Shown piece by piece: positions 8,455 through 18,534 of a stretch of DNA of 64,000 nucleotides. Each line of letters begins with the position of its first letter. Position 1 is the stretch's first letter. The notes below the pieces were generated by a model. The model was not told the origin of the DNA. It saw nothing but the letters and a program-made list of their open reading frames with translations, and made no database searches. Source of the DNA: an uncultured Candidatus Peribacteria bacterium (GTDB lineage: Bacteria; Patescibacteriota; Gracilibacteria; UBA1369); assembly GCA_964494085.1 (NCBI GenBank), contig CAZBQJ010000003.1, forward strand, positions 137,458 through 201,457. Reading direction: 5' to 3'. A program made the position numbers and the translations under genes.

Positions 8455-10400
8455 TGGATCAGAATTCTTTACAAAAAGGCATTTCCAAGCCGTCTCGCTT
8501 AATTTTTATGTCTGGTGAAAAACCCCCTTCATTATCTGAGGGGGATAGGAAACAGGCCGAAAAAGTTGCCAAGGGCGCTACAGAAAAAGCGCATGAAAAG
8601 GCTAAATCTAGTGCCATCAATAAAGGGAAAAATGAGGCTTTAGCTGAAGTGAAACATAAGCCTGGAGAAAATATCCCTCTTCCAGAAATCCCCAAAAAGC
8701 TATCTGGTCTAAAAGTTGATAGCAAAGAAGCAAAAGTGGATCATGCTAAAGGGACCATTGAGCAGCCATTTAAGTTTGGTGATTTCAATATCAAAGGAAA
8801 ACTGATCATGCCTGAAAAGCCCGATCCAACTAAACCCGTTACCTATTTATTTAATTATGTAGAAGATCCGGAAAAATTTGATAATGGTAAATTCGTTGAT
8901 GAATTAAAAAAGCGCAAAGATCAATTGGGTAATACAGTAATTATTACTCTGAAAACACCCGAAGGTGAAACTATGGTCGATCGAAAGAAAGTAAATACCA
9001 TGTCGGCCCTGATCGGTGATATCGAACTCTTTCAGGCTGATTTAAGCTTAGATTTGGCAGCTAGAGGTTTGAAACTTCCTCGTGCAGAGAAAATTTTACA
9101 TATGACCTCCGCTGGAGAAGCCCCCAAAGTCCAAGCTCTTTTGCGTAAATATGCTCAGGCTGTCGCAGATAAGGATCCTCGGGCGCTACAAATTAAGCAA
9201 ATTATTAATAATGATCCAGATAATTTTTCTGCAAATTTAGACAAAGCTCTTAACCCACCTGAACCTACTCCACAAGTTGATCAGGCTCCACAGCAAAGCC
9301 CAGCAGTAGGAGGCGGGAGTTTTGGGGGTGCTCCTAGTGCTTCGCCAGGTCATGGAGGTGTCGGTGGAGGGGGAGGCGGAGCATCTCCAAGCGCTGGACC
9401 TAGTGATACACCCACAGATTCGCCAGCCGCTACAACAACAGCAAATCCACCAGTAGATTCATCACCTGAATCAAAAGAAGCCTACAATGAAAATCTTAAT
9501 AAATTATTGGTACTTGGAGATTCTTTGATGACTGGCGCACAAGGCCGCTTAAAGGCCAATGAGTATACTAAGTTGGATCAGCAGGCGGTTGGTGGCTGGT
9601 CTGTAGCGCAAATACTCGGAAAGTTCAGGCAATTGGAAGCTCAAGGGCGACTGGAGAAATACCGTCATGAAACCTTAGTAATGAATGGTGGTGTTAACGA
9701 TATTGCTGGTGGGCGCAGCGCGGAACAAATTCTCGAAGATATGAAAAGAATTTGGGAATTGGCCGCCAAATTCAATATGAAGGTTTATTGTTGTACTTTA
9801 AGTCCTTTCAAAGGAGCCAGTGGCTGGAAAGATTCGCTCCGAAATGGCTATGAAGAGAAAGAGAAAATCCGTCAAACCGTAAATGATCAATTGATTGCCA
9901 TTGCCGGAACACCAGGTGGCCCAACTAAAATCATTCCTTTGCATAGGTCGGTTTCCGAAGGAGGACTAGCTGATGATCACGATCTCTCCGCTTTGGCACC
10001 TCAATATGCTGCCGGCGACAAATTACACATGAAGCCCAAAGGCTATGCGCAAATGGCCAAGACAATTCAGAATATTATTGGTCAACCAACCTCTCCAGAG
10101 GCTAAAATCGCTGATACCAATAGCAAAACTGCTGCTCCGGGTAAAATAGAAGGGTTCAAAGTATCATCAGCTGATGTAAAAGCTGCAGATCGCTATTTGG
10201 CAGAAGTCAAAGCTTCCGCCAATCCTACCGCTCGAATCGGTGAAATAAAGATTTTACCAGGAAATCCTGATAAAATCCTCCGTGTTGCTTGGCATCCTAA
10301 TCATACGGGGCAATGGGGGACTCCCAGCTATAGAATCACATCGGGACGTCATATTGGCGTTCAAGTAGAGCCAAATCCAGACAATTCAGAAAAAGCCTAA
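8454..10400 (+). CDS. multidomain protein with a central SGNH/GDSL-type hydrolase domain
   Basis: SGNH blocks LVLGDSLMTG, MNGGVNDI and DKLHMKPKGY. The unknown N-terminal domain is separated by a Gly/Pro/Ser-rich linker (about 9290-9480). About 100-aa unknown C-terminal domain. No obvious signal peptide. Confidence 0.65.
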   Translation: MDQNSLQKGISKPSRLIFMSGEKPPSLSEGDRKQAEKVAKGATEKAHEKAKSSAINKGKNEALAEVKHKPGENIPLPEIPKKLSGLKVDSKEAKVDHAKGTIEQPFKFGDFNIKGKLIMPEKPDPTKPVTYLFNYVEDPEKFDNGKFVDELKKRKDQLGNTVIITLKTPEGETMVDRKKVNTMSALIGDIELFQADLSLDLAARGLKLPRAEKILHMTSAGEAPKVQALLRKYAQAVADKDPRALQIKQIINNDPDNFSANLDKALNPPEPTPQVDQAPQQSPAVGGGSFGGAPSASPGHGGVGGGGGGASPSAGPSDTPTDSPAATTTANPPVDSSPESKEAYNENLNKLLVLGDSLMTGAQGRLKANEYTKLDQQAVGGWSVAQILGKFRQLEAQGRLEKYRHETLVMNGGVNDIAGGRSAEQILEDMKRIWELAAKFNMKVYCCTLSPFKGASGWKDSLRNGYEEKEKIRQTVNDQLIAIAGTPGGPTKIIPLHRSVSEGGLADDHDLSALAPQYAAGDKLHMKPKGYAQMAKTIQNIIGQPTSPEAKIADTNSKTAAPGKIEGFKVSSADVKAADRYLAEVKASANPTARIGEIKILPGNPDKILRVAWHPNHTGQWGTPSYRITSGRHIGVQVEPNPDNSEKA

Positions 10401-10443
10401 GTCGATTATGACTACAGGCTTTTTCTGATCATTTCACATTCTT

Positions 10444-11658
10444 CTATTCTTCTTCTTTCTTTGCTGTAGTTTTCTTTTTAACCACTTTTTTCACCGGCTT
10501 TTCTTTTGCCTCTACCTCTACCTCGTCTTCAGCATCAGCATCTACTTTTTTCTTAACTTTCTTTGGTTTTTCAATGTTTTCACTTAAGGCTTTAATTGAA
10601 AGTCCAACTCTATGTTCATCCGGTTCAATGGCGATAACTTTAGCTTTAACCTTCTCACCAACTGCCAGTAAAGTGCTGGGGTCAGTAACATCACCATCAG
10701 CAATTTCGCTCACGTGGATCAAGCCATTTATATCATCACTGAGTTTAATAAATGCTCCAAATGGAGTAAGTCGATTAATTTCACCTTCCACTACAGTTCC
10801 AATCTGATAATTCTTGGCGGCCTCCAACCATGGATCTTCAGTTAATCTCTTCATGGAAAGAGAAATCTTGTCGCCTTCCACTCCGATTACCATCACTTGT
10901 ATATTTTCACCGAGTTTACCATAGTCTAAGGGGTTTTTGACATGCCCCCAGGCAATCTCCGAAATATGTACCAAGCCTTCCAAACCATTGAAAGCGACAA
11001 AGATACCAAATTTGACCACACCACTGATTCTTCCGGTCACTGTATCTCCAACTTTCAATCCTTCCAAGGCCGACTGTCTTTGTTCTTCCATGGCCGCCTT
11101 TTCAGAAAGGATCAACTTGCCGTTTTCTTTATCAATATTAATAATTTTAACTCGGAATCTCTGACCAACCAGTTCCTGCAGTCTTTGTAAAATCTGATTG
11201 GAATCTGCACCGTTTACACGCGGATAATGCATAGGAGCCAACTGAGAAACAGGTATAAAGCCCTTGATACCATCGATATCTAGTAGCAAACCGCCCTTAT
11301 TGGCTTCACTGGCAGAAACTTCGATAACCAAGCCCTTTTCAAAGGCATCAGAGAATTTCTTCCAGGTCTTTTCCTGGGATGCTTTACGCAAAGACATTAC
11401 GATATAACCTTCTTCATCTTCTCCATCAATAACATAGGCAGAAACAGTATCGCCAACTTTCAATGATTTTACTGTATCTCCACTATCTTTGGCTTCACGC
11501 CCGCTAATCATACCGACAGCAATCCCGTTCACATCTACAAGAATCTTATTTTTGTGAATAGCGATAACTTCACCTTCCACCAGGTCACCCGGAGATGGTA
11601 ATTTGAAATCCGGAATCGTCTCCAGAAATCCTTGCTCTTTTACAGCGACTTTACTCAT
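10444..11658 (-). CDS. rpsA: 30S ribosomal protein S1 (four S1 repeats recognised by motif) with a Lys/Glu-rich tail
   Basis: Repeated S1 motifs (GDLVEGEV..., GDTVTGRISGVVKFGIFV..., GTVVEGEINRLTPFGAFI...). Confidence 0.8.
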   Translation of the reverse strand: MSKVAVKEQGFLETIPDFKLPSPGDLVEGEVIAIHKNKILVDVNGIAVGMISGREAKDSGDTVKSLKVGDTVSAYVIDGEDEEGYIVMSLRKASQEKTWKKFSDAFEKGLVIEVSASEANKGGLLLDIDGIKGFIPVSQLAPMHYPRVNGADSNQILQRLQELVGQRFRVKIINIDKENGKLILSEKAAMEEQRQSALEGLKVGDTVTGRISGVVKFGIFVAFNGLEGLVHISEIAWGHVKNPLDYGKLGENIQVMVIGVEGDKISLSMKRLTEDPWLEAAKNYQIGTVVEGEINRLTPFGAFIKLSDDINGLIHVSEIADGDVTDPSTLLAVGEKVKAKVIAIEPDEHRVGLSIKALSENIEKPKKVKKKVDADAEDEVEVEAKEKPVKKVVKKKTTAKKEEE

Positions 11659-11797
11659 GATAAATTTGGTAAGTAGAATTAATGTTAAAAACTTATCAGA
11701 AGTATCTACTTAGCCAATTTACTTCAAATAAGCCTCTGAAGTTTAAGCCCTGCTCCGCAGGCCAGTCAAGTTAAAAAATCTTACAAAATATATAATT

Positions 11798-12562
11798 ATG
11801 GAAAAATCAACCACTAAAAGATTCTTTTTGCGTCTTACTCACATTCCTGCCGATCTGGGCATTGGCGGACAGTTCCTTCTAGATCAGGATGAACAAATAA
11901 TCTTTTATCAATTAACCAAGGTATTTCGTCTTTCTCTGGGGGACAGGATTGTTCTCATCAACCCCTATCGGCCATTTGCTGAAGAGCAGAATAAAGAATA
12001 TCATTTCCGAGCTTTATCAGTTGATAAGAAGGCTATTCATCTTCAATTGGAGGAAATCAGAATTTTGGAAAAATATTTACGTTTTCCTTTGTCCTTAGCT
12101 CTATGTTTGCCCAACAAACCTTCCAAATTGGATTTTATCCTGGCCAAGGCTACTGAACTTGGTGTCAGTAAATTCTATTTTATTAAATCTGATTTAAGTC
12201 AATTCAATCATCGGGTAAGACTTGATCGTCTGATTAAAATTGCTATTGAGGCCGCCGAACAATCAGAGCAGGTCGCCCCACCATCATTAACAGTCATGGA
12301 TAATCTGGATGAATACTTGCAATCACCTCCTGAATTCGATTTGGTGGCATTGGAAAGAACCACAGATAGTCAATCTTTACTGGACATAAAATTAGCGGCA
12401 GCCACCAGAATATTGATTGGTCCCGAAGGGGGATTTAGTGACCGCGAAGTTGAATTGATCAAACATTCTCAGCAAAAGCCAATAAATATAGGCGGCCATA
12501 TCCTTAAAATGGATACAGCCGCCCTCTTGTCTGTCGGGGTCTTAGCCCTTAAGCTACAGTAG
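11798..12562 (+). CDS. rsmE: 16S rRNA (uracil1498-N3)-methyltransferase
   Basis: C-terminal SPOUT motif ILIGPEGGFSDREVE; size 254 aa. Confidence 0.85.
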   Translation: MEKSTTKRFFLRLTHIPADLGIGGQFLLDQDEQIIFYQLTKVFRLSLGDRIVLINPYRPFAEEQNKEYHFRALSVDKKAIHLQLEEIRILEKYLRFPLSLALCLPNKPSKLDFILAKATELGVSKFYFIKSDLSQFNHRVRLDRLIKIAIEAAEQSEQVAPPSLTVMDNLDEYLQSPPEFDLVALERTTDSQSLLDIKLAAATRILIGPEGGFSDREVELIKHSQQKPINIGGHILKMDTAALLSVGVLALKLQ

Positions 12563-15179
12563 TCGTTTTCCTGGTCCGAGCTATTTTCTTGGCCACCTTT
12601 TTTGTGACGGCAATTTGATCATTCATCTTTTCAATAATCAAAGTATCTCCTTCGCCAAAGTTTTCGTTTAGCAAGCCTTCGGTAATCTGCTCCTCAATTA
12701 TTTCCTGAATTTTCCGACGTACCGGTCTGGCCCCATATTCCGGGTCATAGCTGAGCTCAGCCAATTTGTCCAAAGCCTCTTTTGTCCATTCCAATTTCAG
12801 CTTCTTCTGCTCAATTCTGGCTTGTAGTTTATCCAGGTGAAGTGTGACGATCTCTTTGATGTTTTGATGGGTCAAGGCTCTGAATACAATTGTTTTGTCA
12901 ATTCTATTCAGGAATTCAGGCCGAAAGTGTTTTTTCAATTCGTCCAAGACATCGATTTTCAATTTATCGTAATCTTCTTCAGCTTTAGCCAAATCATCAG
13001 TGTTTAAATTGAAGCCGATTGGCGCAGCTCGTTCTGTTAATTTTCTAGAGCCGATATTAGTAGTCAAAATGATAATTGTATTTTTGAAATCTACAATTCT
13101 TCCTTTGGCATCAGTGAGGTTTCCATCTTCCAGAATTTGCAACAATAAGTTGAAGACGTCCGGATGAGCCTTCTCGATTTCATCAAACAATATCACCGCA
13201 TAGGGCTTTCTACGAACAGCCTCAGTCAATTGTCCACCTTCCTCATAACCAACATATCCCGCTGTCGCACCAACCAATCGTGAAGTATTATGCCTTTCCA
13301 TGAACTCACTCATATCAATCTTGATCAGAGCATCTTTGTCGTTAAAGACTTCTTGAGCCAGAGCTTTCACTAATTCTGTTTTTCCAATACCGGTTGGTCC
13401 CATAAATATAAATGAGCCAATCGGTCTCTTTTCATCGGCCACTCCAACACGAGATCTCCGAATTGCCTGGGAAACTGCTCTCACCGCTTCCTCCTGGCCG
13501 ACAATCCGTTTCTTTAGTTTATTTTCCAAGCCTAATAATTTAGCTTTGTCATCTTTTACCAATCTGGACACATCAATGCCGGTCATTTGTCCCACAACCT
13601 TGGCAATATCATCAGGCCCGACAGTCTGGCGTTGACTTCTAGGGATTTTCACAAAGCGATTACTTTCAATTTCTTTCAGTAACTTCAACTCTCTGTCCCG
13701 CAATTCTGCAGCATGTTCATAATTCTGTTTAGAAACACTTTCTTCTTTCTCCTTGATTATTTTTGTTAAATCCTTCTGCAATTTACGCACTTTATCATTG
13801 TTTCCTCTGATTTTCATGCGCTTTTGCGAAGCCGCCTCATCCAATAAGTCGATTGCTTTGTCCGGTAAATATCTATCATTAATATAGCGTTTGGAAAGTT
13901 TCACTGAAGCTTCCAAAGATTCATCTGAAATGATCAGATTGTGATGTTCTTCAAACCCTTCGCGAATACCATGTAAAATCTGTAATGACTCTTCGACATT
14001 TGGTTCAGCCACTTTTACCGGTTGGAACCTTCTCTCAAAAGCCGCGTCAGTTTCTACCTGTTTACGATACTCGCTGGTGGTAGTCGCTCCAATTACCTGG
14101 ACTTTCCCTCTGGATAATGCCGGTTTGAGGATATTTGAGGCGTCCAAACTACCTTCTGCACTACCAGCCCCGATAACAGTATGCAATTCATCTATGAACA
14201 GAATTACATTACCAATCGCTGCTGTTTCATCAATAATTTGTTTAATTCTTTCTTCAAATTCACCTCGATATTTTGTTCCCGCCACTACTGAGGCCATCTG
14301 AAGCGCCAGGATGCGTTTGTCTAGCAAACTATCCGGGACTTCTTCATTGATCAATGCATAAGCTATCCCTTCGGCAATGGCTGTCTTTCCAACACCCGGT
14401 TCTCCGATAAACACGGGGTTATTCTTGGTTTTTCGGCAGAGAATTCCAATTGCTCTTTCCACTTCCTTTTTTCTACCGATCACCGGTCCCAGCTTTCCTT
14501 GTCGGCATTCTGCGGTTAAATCAGTAGTAAAGTAGTCCAAAGCAGGAGTCTTGGATTGTTGTCCACCCTGTTTGTCACTTTTTTTATAAGGAGACTTCTT
14601 CTCCATCTCGACCTGAGGGTTACCCATCATCATCCCTTGCAGACCATTCAAAAAGAATTCAAAAGGATTCATAGATTGGCCATTCATATTGGCATTTGCG
14701 ACGCCGGCAATTTGGGATTGATTTGATTTTTCAAAATTCTTCACCAGTTGGTCCTTTACATCTATCGGGTTAACTTTCATATTTTCTAAAATAACAGTAG
14801 CGGCAGTAGCACTCTGACATACCAGCGCGTACAACAAATGTTCTGTACCGACATAACTATGGTTATAGACATGAGCGGATCTGACGGCCTCCTCAATTAC
14901 TTTTTTAGCTTTGCCGGAAAGACCTCCCCATCCTTGTTGTGGAGAAAACTGTGGAGCATTCACTCTGCCCACGCTTTTTATCACCATGTCCACATTCTCC
15001 AGGCTTACTCCAAAACCGGCCAGGATAGTCGCTCCCAATGATTGTTTTTGGCTCAAAACTCCCATCAAGACATGCTCAGTGCCGACATAATTACGCTTGG
15101 CCTCTTTGGCTTTGTCCTGTGCTATTATTAAAGCCTGCTTAGCCTCCTTGGTGAATTTTTCAAAATTTGTCTCAGACAT
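12549..15179 (-). CDS. clpC: ATP-dependent Clp protease ATP-binding subunit ClpC
   Basis: Two Clp_N repeats, two AAA+ modules (GEPGVGKTAI, GPTGIGKTEL), a UVR-like linker and an IGF loop (APIGFN). Probable start is MSETNFEKF at 15179; the track ORF extends to 15212. Confidence 0.9.
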   Translation of the reverse strand: MSETNFEKFTKEAKQALIIAQDKAKEAKRNYVGTEHVLMGVLSQKQSLGATILAGFGVSLENVDMVIKSVGRVNAPQFSPQQGWGGLSGKAKKVIEEAVRSAHVYNHSYVGTEHLLYALVCQSATAATVILENMKVNPIDVKDQLVKNFEKSNQSQIAGVANANMNGQSMNPFEFFLNGLQGMMMGNPQVEMEKKSPYKKSDKQGGQQSKTPALDYFTTDLTAECRQGKLGPVIGRKKEVERAIGILCRKTKNNPVFIGEPGVGKTAIAEGIAYALINEEVPDSLLDKRILALQMASVVAGTKYRGEFEERIKQIIDETAAIGNVILFIDELHTVIGAGSAEGSLDASNILKPALSRGKVQVIGATTTSEYRKQVETDAAFERRFQPVKVAEPNVEESLQILHGIREGFEEHHNLIISDESLEASVKLSKRYINDRYLPDKAIDLLDEAASQKRMKIRGNNDKVRKLQKDLTKIIKEKEESVSKQNYEHAAELRDRELKLLKEIESNRFVKIPRSQRQTVGPDDIAKVVGQMTGIDVSRLVKDDKAKLLGLENKLKKRIVGQEEAVRAVSQAIRRSRVGVADEKRPIGSFIFMGPTGIGKTELVKALAQEVFNDKDALIKIDMSEFMERHNTSRLVGATAGYVGYEEGGQLTEAVRRKPYAVILFDEIEKAHPDVFNLLLQILEDGNLTDAKGRIVDFKNTIIILTTNIGSRKLTERAAPIGFNLNTDDLAKAEEDYDKLKIDVLDELKKHFRPEFLNRIDKTIVFRALTHQNIKEIVTLHLDKLQARIEQKKLKLEWTKEALDKLAELSYDPEYGARPVRRKIQEIIEEQITEGLLNENFGEGDTLIIEKMNDQIAVTKKVAKKIARTRKTTTVA

Positions 15180-15285
15180 TTTTATATAAGTTAGTTCTAA
15201 GTATTTTAGCATATCAAAGCCACATACTTAACATCAGAATTCCAAATGGGCTTTACTTAAATAGTAGATGTGCTTTTGAGCTAAA

Positions 15286-15312
15286 TTAGCACTCACAATT
15301 ATAGAGCGCTAG
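15286..15312. promoter_or_regulatory. CIRCE-like inverted repeat (HrcA operator type) upstream of clpC
   Basis: TTAGCACTC-acaattata-GAGCGCTAG versus consensus TTAGCACTC-N9-GAGTGCTAA (16 of 18 positions match). Confidence 0.6.
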
Positions 15313-15326
15313 TTGAATGCTGTCAA
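15298..15326 (-). promoter_or_regulatory. consensus sigma70-type promoter for clpC
   Basis: The minus strand reads TTGACA (15326-15321), a 17-nt spacer, then TATAAT (15303-15298). The -10 lies inside the CIRCE spacer. Confidence 0.6.
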
Positions 15327-15333
15327 ATCAAAA

Positions 15334-16644
15334 CTAGTTCATCACTGAACCAAGCATTTGCTCCAATAAATCGATTTTAGTGGATGGTCCGGTCAACTTG
15401 AAGATCTTTCCATTTTCGTTTAAATATAAACTTGTTTGCGTTCCAGAGTTAGTTTTGCGGAAACTTTTATTGTTATATTCAGCCATTTTCGCTTCAGTTG
15501 GGATAGAATTTACCAGATCCAGTGTTAAGTCTGCCGGTGCCTCCTCCAAAGGTTGACTTCCAAATTGATAAGTTCTCGTTGCTCCAGTAGAAGGACTGAC
15601 GCTGGAAAAGTAATAATTTTTCGGATATTGCATACTAAAGTTCAAGCCTTCACTCTTAAAAGTCTCAAAACCATTGATTGTTGTATCTGGAGTTGTGGTA
15701 ATAATAGCCGGATCATCTGTCCCAGCGGCAGTAATATCCACCTGCTCATCAGTGACATGATTGGGCGCATTAACTGGAGTTTCTATGACAGGGCTTTTGG
15801 CGGCAGTACCAGCCATTGGCAGTCCACCCAAATCCATTGAAGCCAATACATCATAAAACATGTTTTGTTCACTGACTAGGTTGTCAGCATTCTCATCAGC
15901 CTGGAAGGAAATCTTATAAGCGCCGCCATCATTTATTAAATAATACACAATTGATTTTCCCCCTGGTCCGGAAAACTTATAAGCATCCACTCCTTTTTGA
16001 GTAATTTTGCTCCTATTAAAGCCTCCAGCCAAGACATCAGCATTGTCTAAGCTCAGAACATTCATTTCATCGGCCAGATCAAAGTTGCTGTCTTTCGACA
16101 ACAATTCAAAAATCATTCGGGTTGGTTCGGACTCACTTGTGAGGTTTGGAGTTTTTGATAAGGAATCAATAGCCTTTGGCTTAGATTCAATGGTTATCTG
16201 GTTATCACTATCACTTAACAGATAATCATTCCGGTATTTTAGCGAAATTCCCAAATTATCAGAAGTATAACTGATCCATTCCGGTATTTCCTGATTAATG
16301 CTCACTTCAGTATCAATCAAATCGATACTGTTGACCGACATTGTTTGGTTACCGTCTGTAGTTCTACTTATTTTACCCATTACTTCCACCTCTTTATCGG
16401 AGTATTTCTGTGAATTCAAATCAATAATGTCACTTTTCAAATAGATGGTTTTTCCATCATTCATCCGCAATAGGTGAGTTGCTTGGCTGGAAGTATGTGC
16501 TCCGCCCAATGACTGCATTATTCCCATTCGTTTTTCCTGCATCAAGGCCATTTTTTCAATTTGAGTCGGAACAGCAACATCACTGTTTTGGCAACCTGAG
16601 AGTATTAGTACAAATGCTGAAATCGCAATATATTTTTTAATCAT
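15334..16644 (-). CDS. putative lipoprotein, function unknown
   Basis: N-terminus MIKKYIAISAFVLILSGCQNS (signal peptide plus lipobox LSGC). Its start overlaps the ruvB stop by 1 nt. Confidence 0.6.
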   Translation of the reverse strand: MIKKYIAISAFVLILSGCQNSDVAVPTQIEKMALMQEKRMGIMQSLGGAHTSSQATHLLRMNDGKTIYLKSDIIDLNSQKYSDKEVEVMGKISRTTDGNQTMSVNSIDLIDTEVSINQEIPEWISYTSDNLGISLKYRNDYLLSDSDNQITIESKPKAIDSLSKTPNLTSESEPTRMIFELLSKDSNFDLADEMNVLSLDNADVLAGGFNRSKITQKGVDAYKFSGPGGKSIVYYLINDGGAYKISFQADENADNLVSEQNMFYDVLASMDLGGLPMAGTAAKSPVIETPVNAPNHVTDEQVDITAAGTDDPAIITTTPDTTINGFETFKSEGLNFSMQYPKNYYFSSVSPSTGATRTYQFGSQPLEEAPADLTLDLVNSIPTEAKMAEYNNKSFRKTNSGTQTSLYLNENGKIFKLTGPSTKIDLLEQMLGSVMN

Positions 16645-17702
16645 TATTTTATAAATTGGTTAAATTCAAAACCCAGGTGTTGATAGGCTTTTTCTGTAAT
16701 AATTCTTCCTCGTGTTGTCCTTTCCATCAATCCCAGTTGTAATAAATATGGTTCATAAACATCTTCAATAGTCCCTTCATCTTCACTGGTAGCCGCAGCG
16801 ATAGTTCCCAGTCCCACCGGACCGCCTTTAAATTTTTCAATTATTGCAGTCAGTATCAAGCGATCACCCTCGTCCAGACCGATACTGTCTATCCCCAGCA
16901 AATGTAAGCATTGTTGGGCAGTTTTTAGATCAATCAGCTTTTGTTCGTGTACCAAAGCAAAATCCCTCACCCTTCGCAATATTCTATTCGCGATTCTAGG
17001 AGTTTGGCGGGCTGAACGGGCAATCAGTTCGGCCGCTTCGTCCGAAAGTTCCACTTTCATCAATTTAGCAGAGCGTGACAAGATTTCCTGAACATTTTTC
17101 TCAGAATAGAATTGCAGTCTATAGACTGCCCCAAATCGATCACGAAGCGGGGAGGAGAGCATACTCACCTTGGTAGTTGCTCCAATCAAAGTGAATCTGG
17201 GCAACTTTAAACGCATTGTTTTAGCGGCTGGACCTTTGCCAATTACTAAATCAATCGCAAAATCCTCCATGGCTGAATAAAGTATTTCTTCAACTGCCGG
17301 TTTTAATCTGTGAATTTCGTCGATAAAGAGGATATCGTTTTCTTTTAGATTGGTGATAATCGAAGCGATGTCACCTTGCTTTTCCAGCGCCGGGCCTGAA
17401 GTCACCCGTACATCAACTCCCATTTCATGTCCGATTATATTGGCCAGAGTGGTTTTTCCCAGGCCCGGCGCCCCGTGCAATAAAACGTGATCCAAAGCCT
17501 CTTTTCGAAGTTTTGATGACTGGATGAGATAACGAAGATTAGCCTTTACTTCATCTTGACCGATATATTCAGCCAGATTGATTGGACGCAAACTACTTTC
17601 CAATTTTTCATCACTTTCTATACTAACAACATTTCCCAGTAAAGAACCTTTACTCTTTGGTTGATCGGAAATTTCTGATTTTTGAATTCTTTTGATTGCC
17701 AA
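16644..17702 (-). CDS. ruvB: Holliday junction branch migration ATPase RuvB
   Basis: GAPGLGKTTLA Walker A, LFIDEIHRL Walker B, typical RuvB C-terminal domain. TTG start. Confidence 0.95.
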   Translation of the reverse strand: MAIKRIQKSEISDQPKSKGSLLGNVVSIESDEKLESSLRPINLAEYIGQDEVKANLRYLIQSSKLRKEALDHVLLHGAPGLGKTTLANIIGHEMGVDVRVTSGPALEKQGDIASIITNLKENDILFIDEIHRLKPAVEEILYSAMEDFAIDLVIGKGPAAKTMRLKLPRFTLIGATTKVSMLSSPLRDRFGAVYRLQFYSEKNVQEILSRSAKLMKVELSDEAAELIARSARQTPRIANRILRRVRDFALVHEQKLIDLKTAQQCLHLLGIDSIGLDEGDRLILTAIIEKFKGGPVGLGTIAAATSEDEGTIEDVYEPYLLQLGLMERTTRGRIITEKAYQHLGFEFNQFIK

Positions 17703-17739
17703 AACTTTAAATCTACAAGTCCGGCCAAGTATAGCAAAA

Positions 17740-18321
17740 CTAATCGAGACTGGCCACTTTACTCGAGGTGTTTTCTATTTTCTGGTTATGATTATGCAGG
17801 CTGCGAACATCATTGAGAGGGATATTTTCCTGTAGGGCAACATGCTTCCTGGCTAAATTCACCACAAAAAACTTTATTCCTTCCGGATCCGGAGCATCAT
17901 CGAAACTGATCACAGTTTTGGTAGAAGCTGTTTCTACACGAAATAACCCATAATCAAATAAAGGGAATCTGGAGAGGAAACCATTTTCTTCAGATTCGAT
18001 ATTTTGAATGTCGTTCAGCATTGCTTGGTTTTCGGTATATTTAAAAGGAGAAATCCAATCCAGGTGGACCAATCTCTGATTGGTGATAATAAGCGTATCC
18101 AGGTAAAACATCATGAAGTCATATAAGTTCACCAAGGCGAATAACAAGATTATCCCCGCAAATGTGCTCACCATCATCCAAACCGGCATGATTTGTCCAA
18201 AGATATAGGCTAACAAGAAAAAAGGTAATGTCGCACCCCAAATCTTCAGGCTTCTGAAAACAAAGCTTAAAAAGTCATGGTGATAAATCTTGATGATATT
18301 TTCTCCCGGTTGCAGCTTCAT
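17740..18321 (-). CDS. membrane protein with a bacterial PH-like (YdbS/YdbT-type) domain
   Basis: Two hydrophobic helices followed by ...IITNQRLVHLDW... and a PH-like region. Assignment is by resemblance only. Confidence 0.5.
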   Translation of the reverse strand: MKLQPGENIIKIYHHDFLSFVFRSLKIWGATLPFFLLAYIFGQIMPVWMMVSTFAGIILLFALVNLYDFMMFYLDTLIITNQRLVHLDWISPFKYTENQAMLNDIQNIESEENGFLSRFPLFDYGLFRVETASTKTVISFDDAPDPEGIKFFVVNLARKHVALQENIPLNDVRSLHNHNQKIENTSSKVASLD

Positions 18322-18408
18322 AGCGATGTTTGAATCAGGTCAAAGTAAATTTTAACACTAAATTCAAAATAATCAAGCAGATCCTAACTACTTGCCAAAA
18401 CTACAAAC

Positions 18409-18485
18409 TGGTGTGCCCGGGCCGATTTGAACGGCCGACCTTTGCCTTAGAAGGGCATTGCTCTATCCAACTGAGCTACGGGCAC
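18409..18485 (-). tRNA. tRNA-Arg (anticodon TCT)
   Basis: The reverse complement folds as a 77-nt cloverleaf: GTGCCCG/CGGGCAC acceptor, anticodon loop CTTCTAA, TTCAAAT T-loop, encoded CCA. Confidence 0.9.
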
Positions 18486-18534
18486 ATTTTCGGCTGGATT
18501 TTAATTGAAAAGGTTCAGTCAATCAACCGAAAAA

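Noticed and set aside
9290-9480. G-rich, repetitive-looking stretch.
   Set aside because: It is in frame within the SGNH protein and encodes a Gly/Pro/Ser/Thr linker. It has no exact tandem DNA repeat unit, so it is coding low complexity rather than a repeat element.
10389-10425. Inverted repeat GAAAAAGCCT-N17-AGGCTTTTTC between the convergent SGNH and rpsA genes, considered as a bidirectional terminator.
   Set aside because: The stem is mostly A/T with only a 3-bp GC core and a 17-nt loop, which is too weak to call confidently. It may still contribute to termination.
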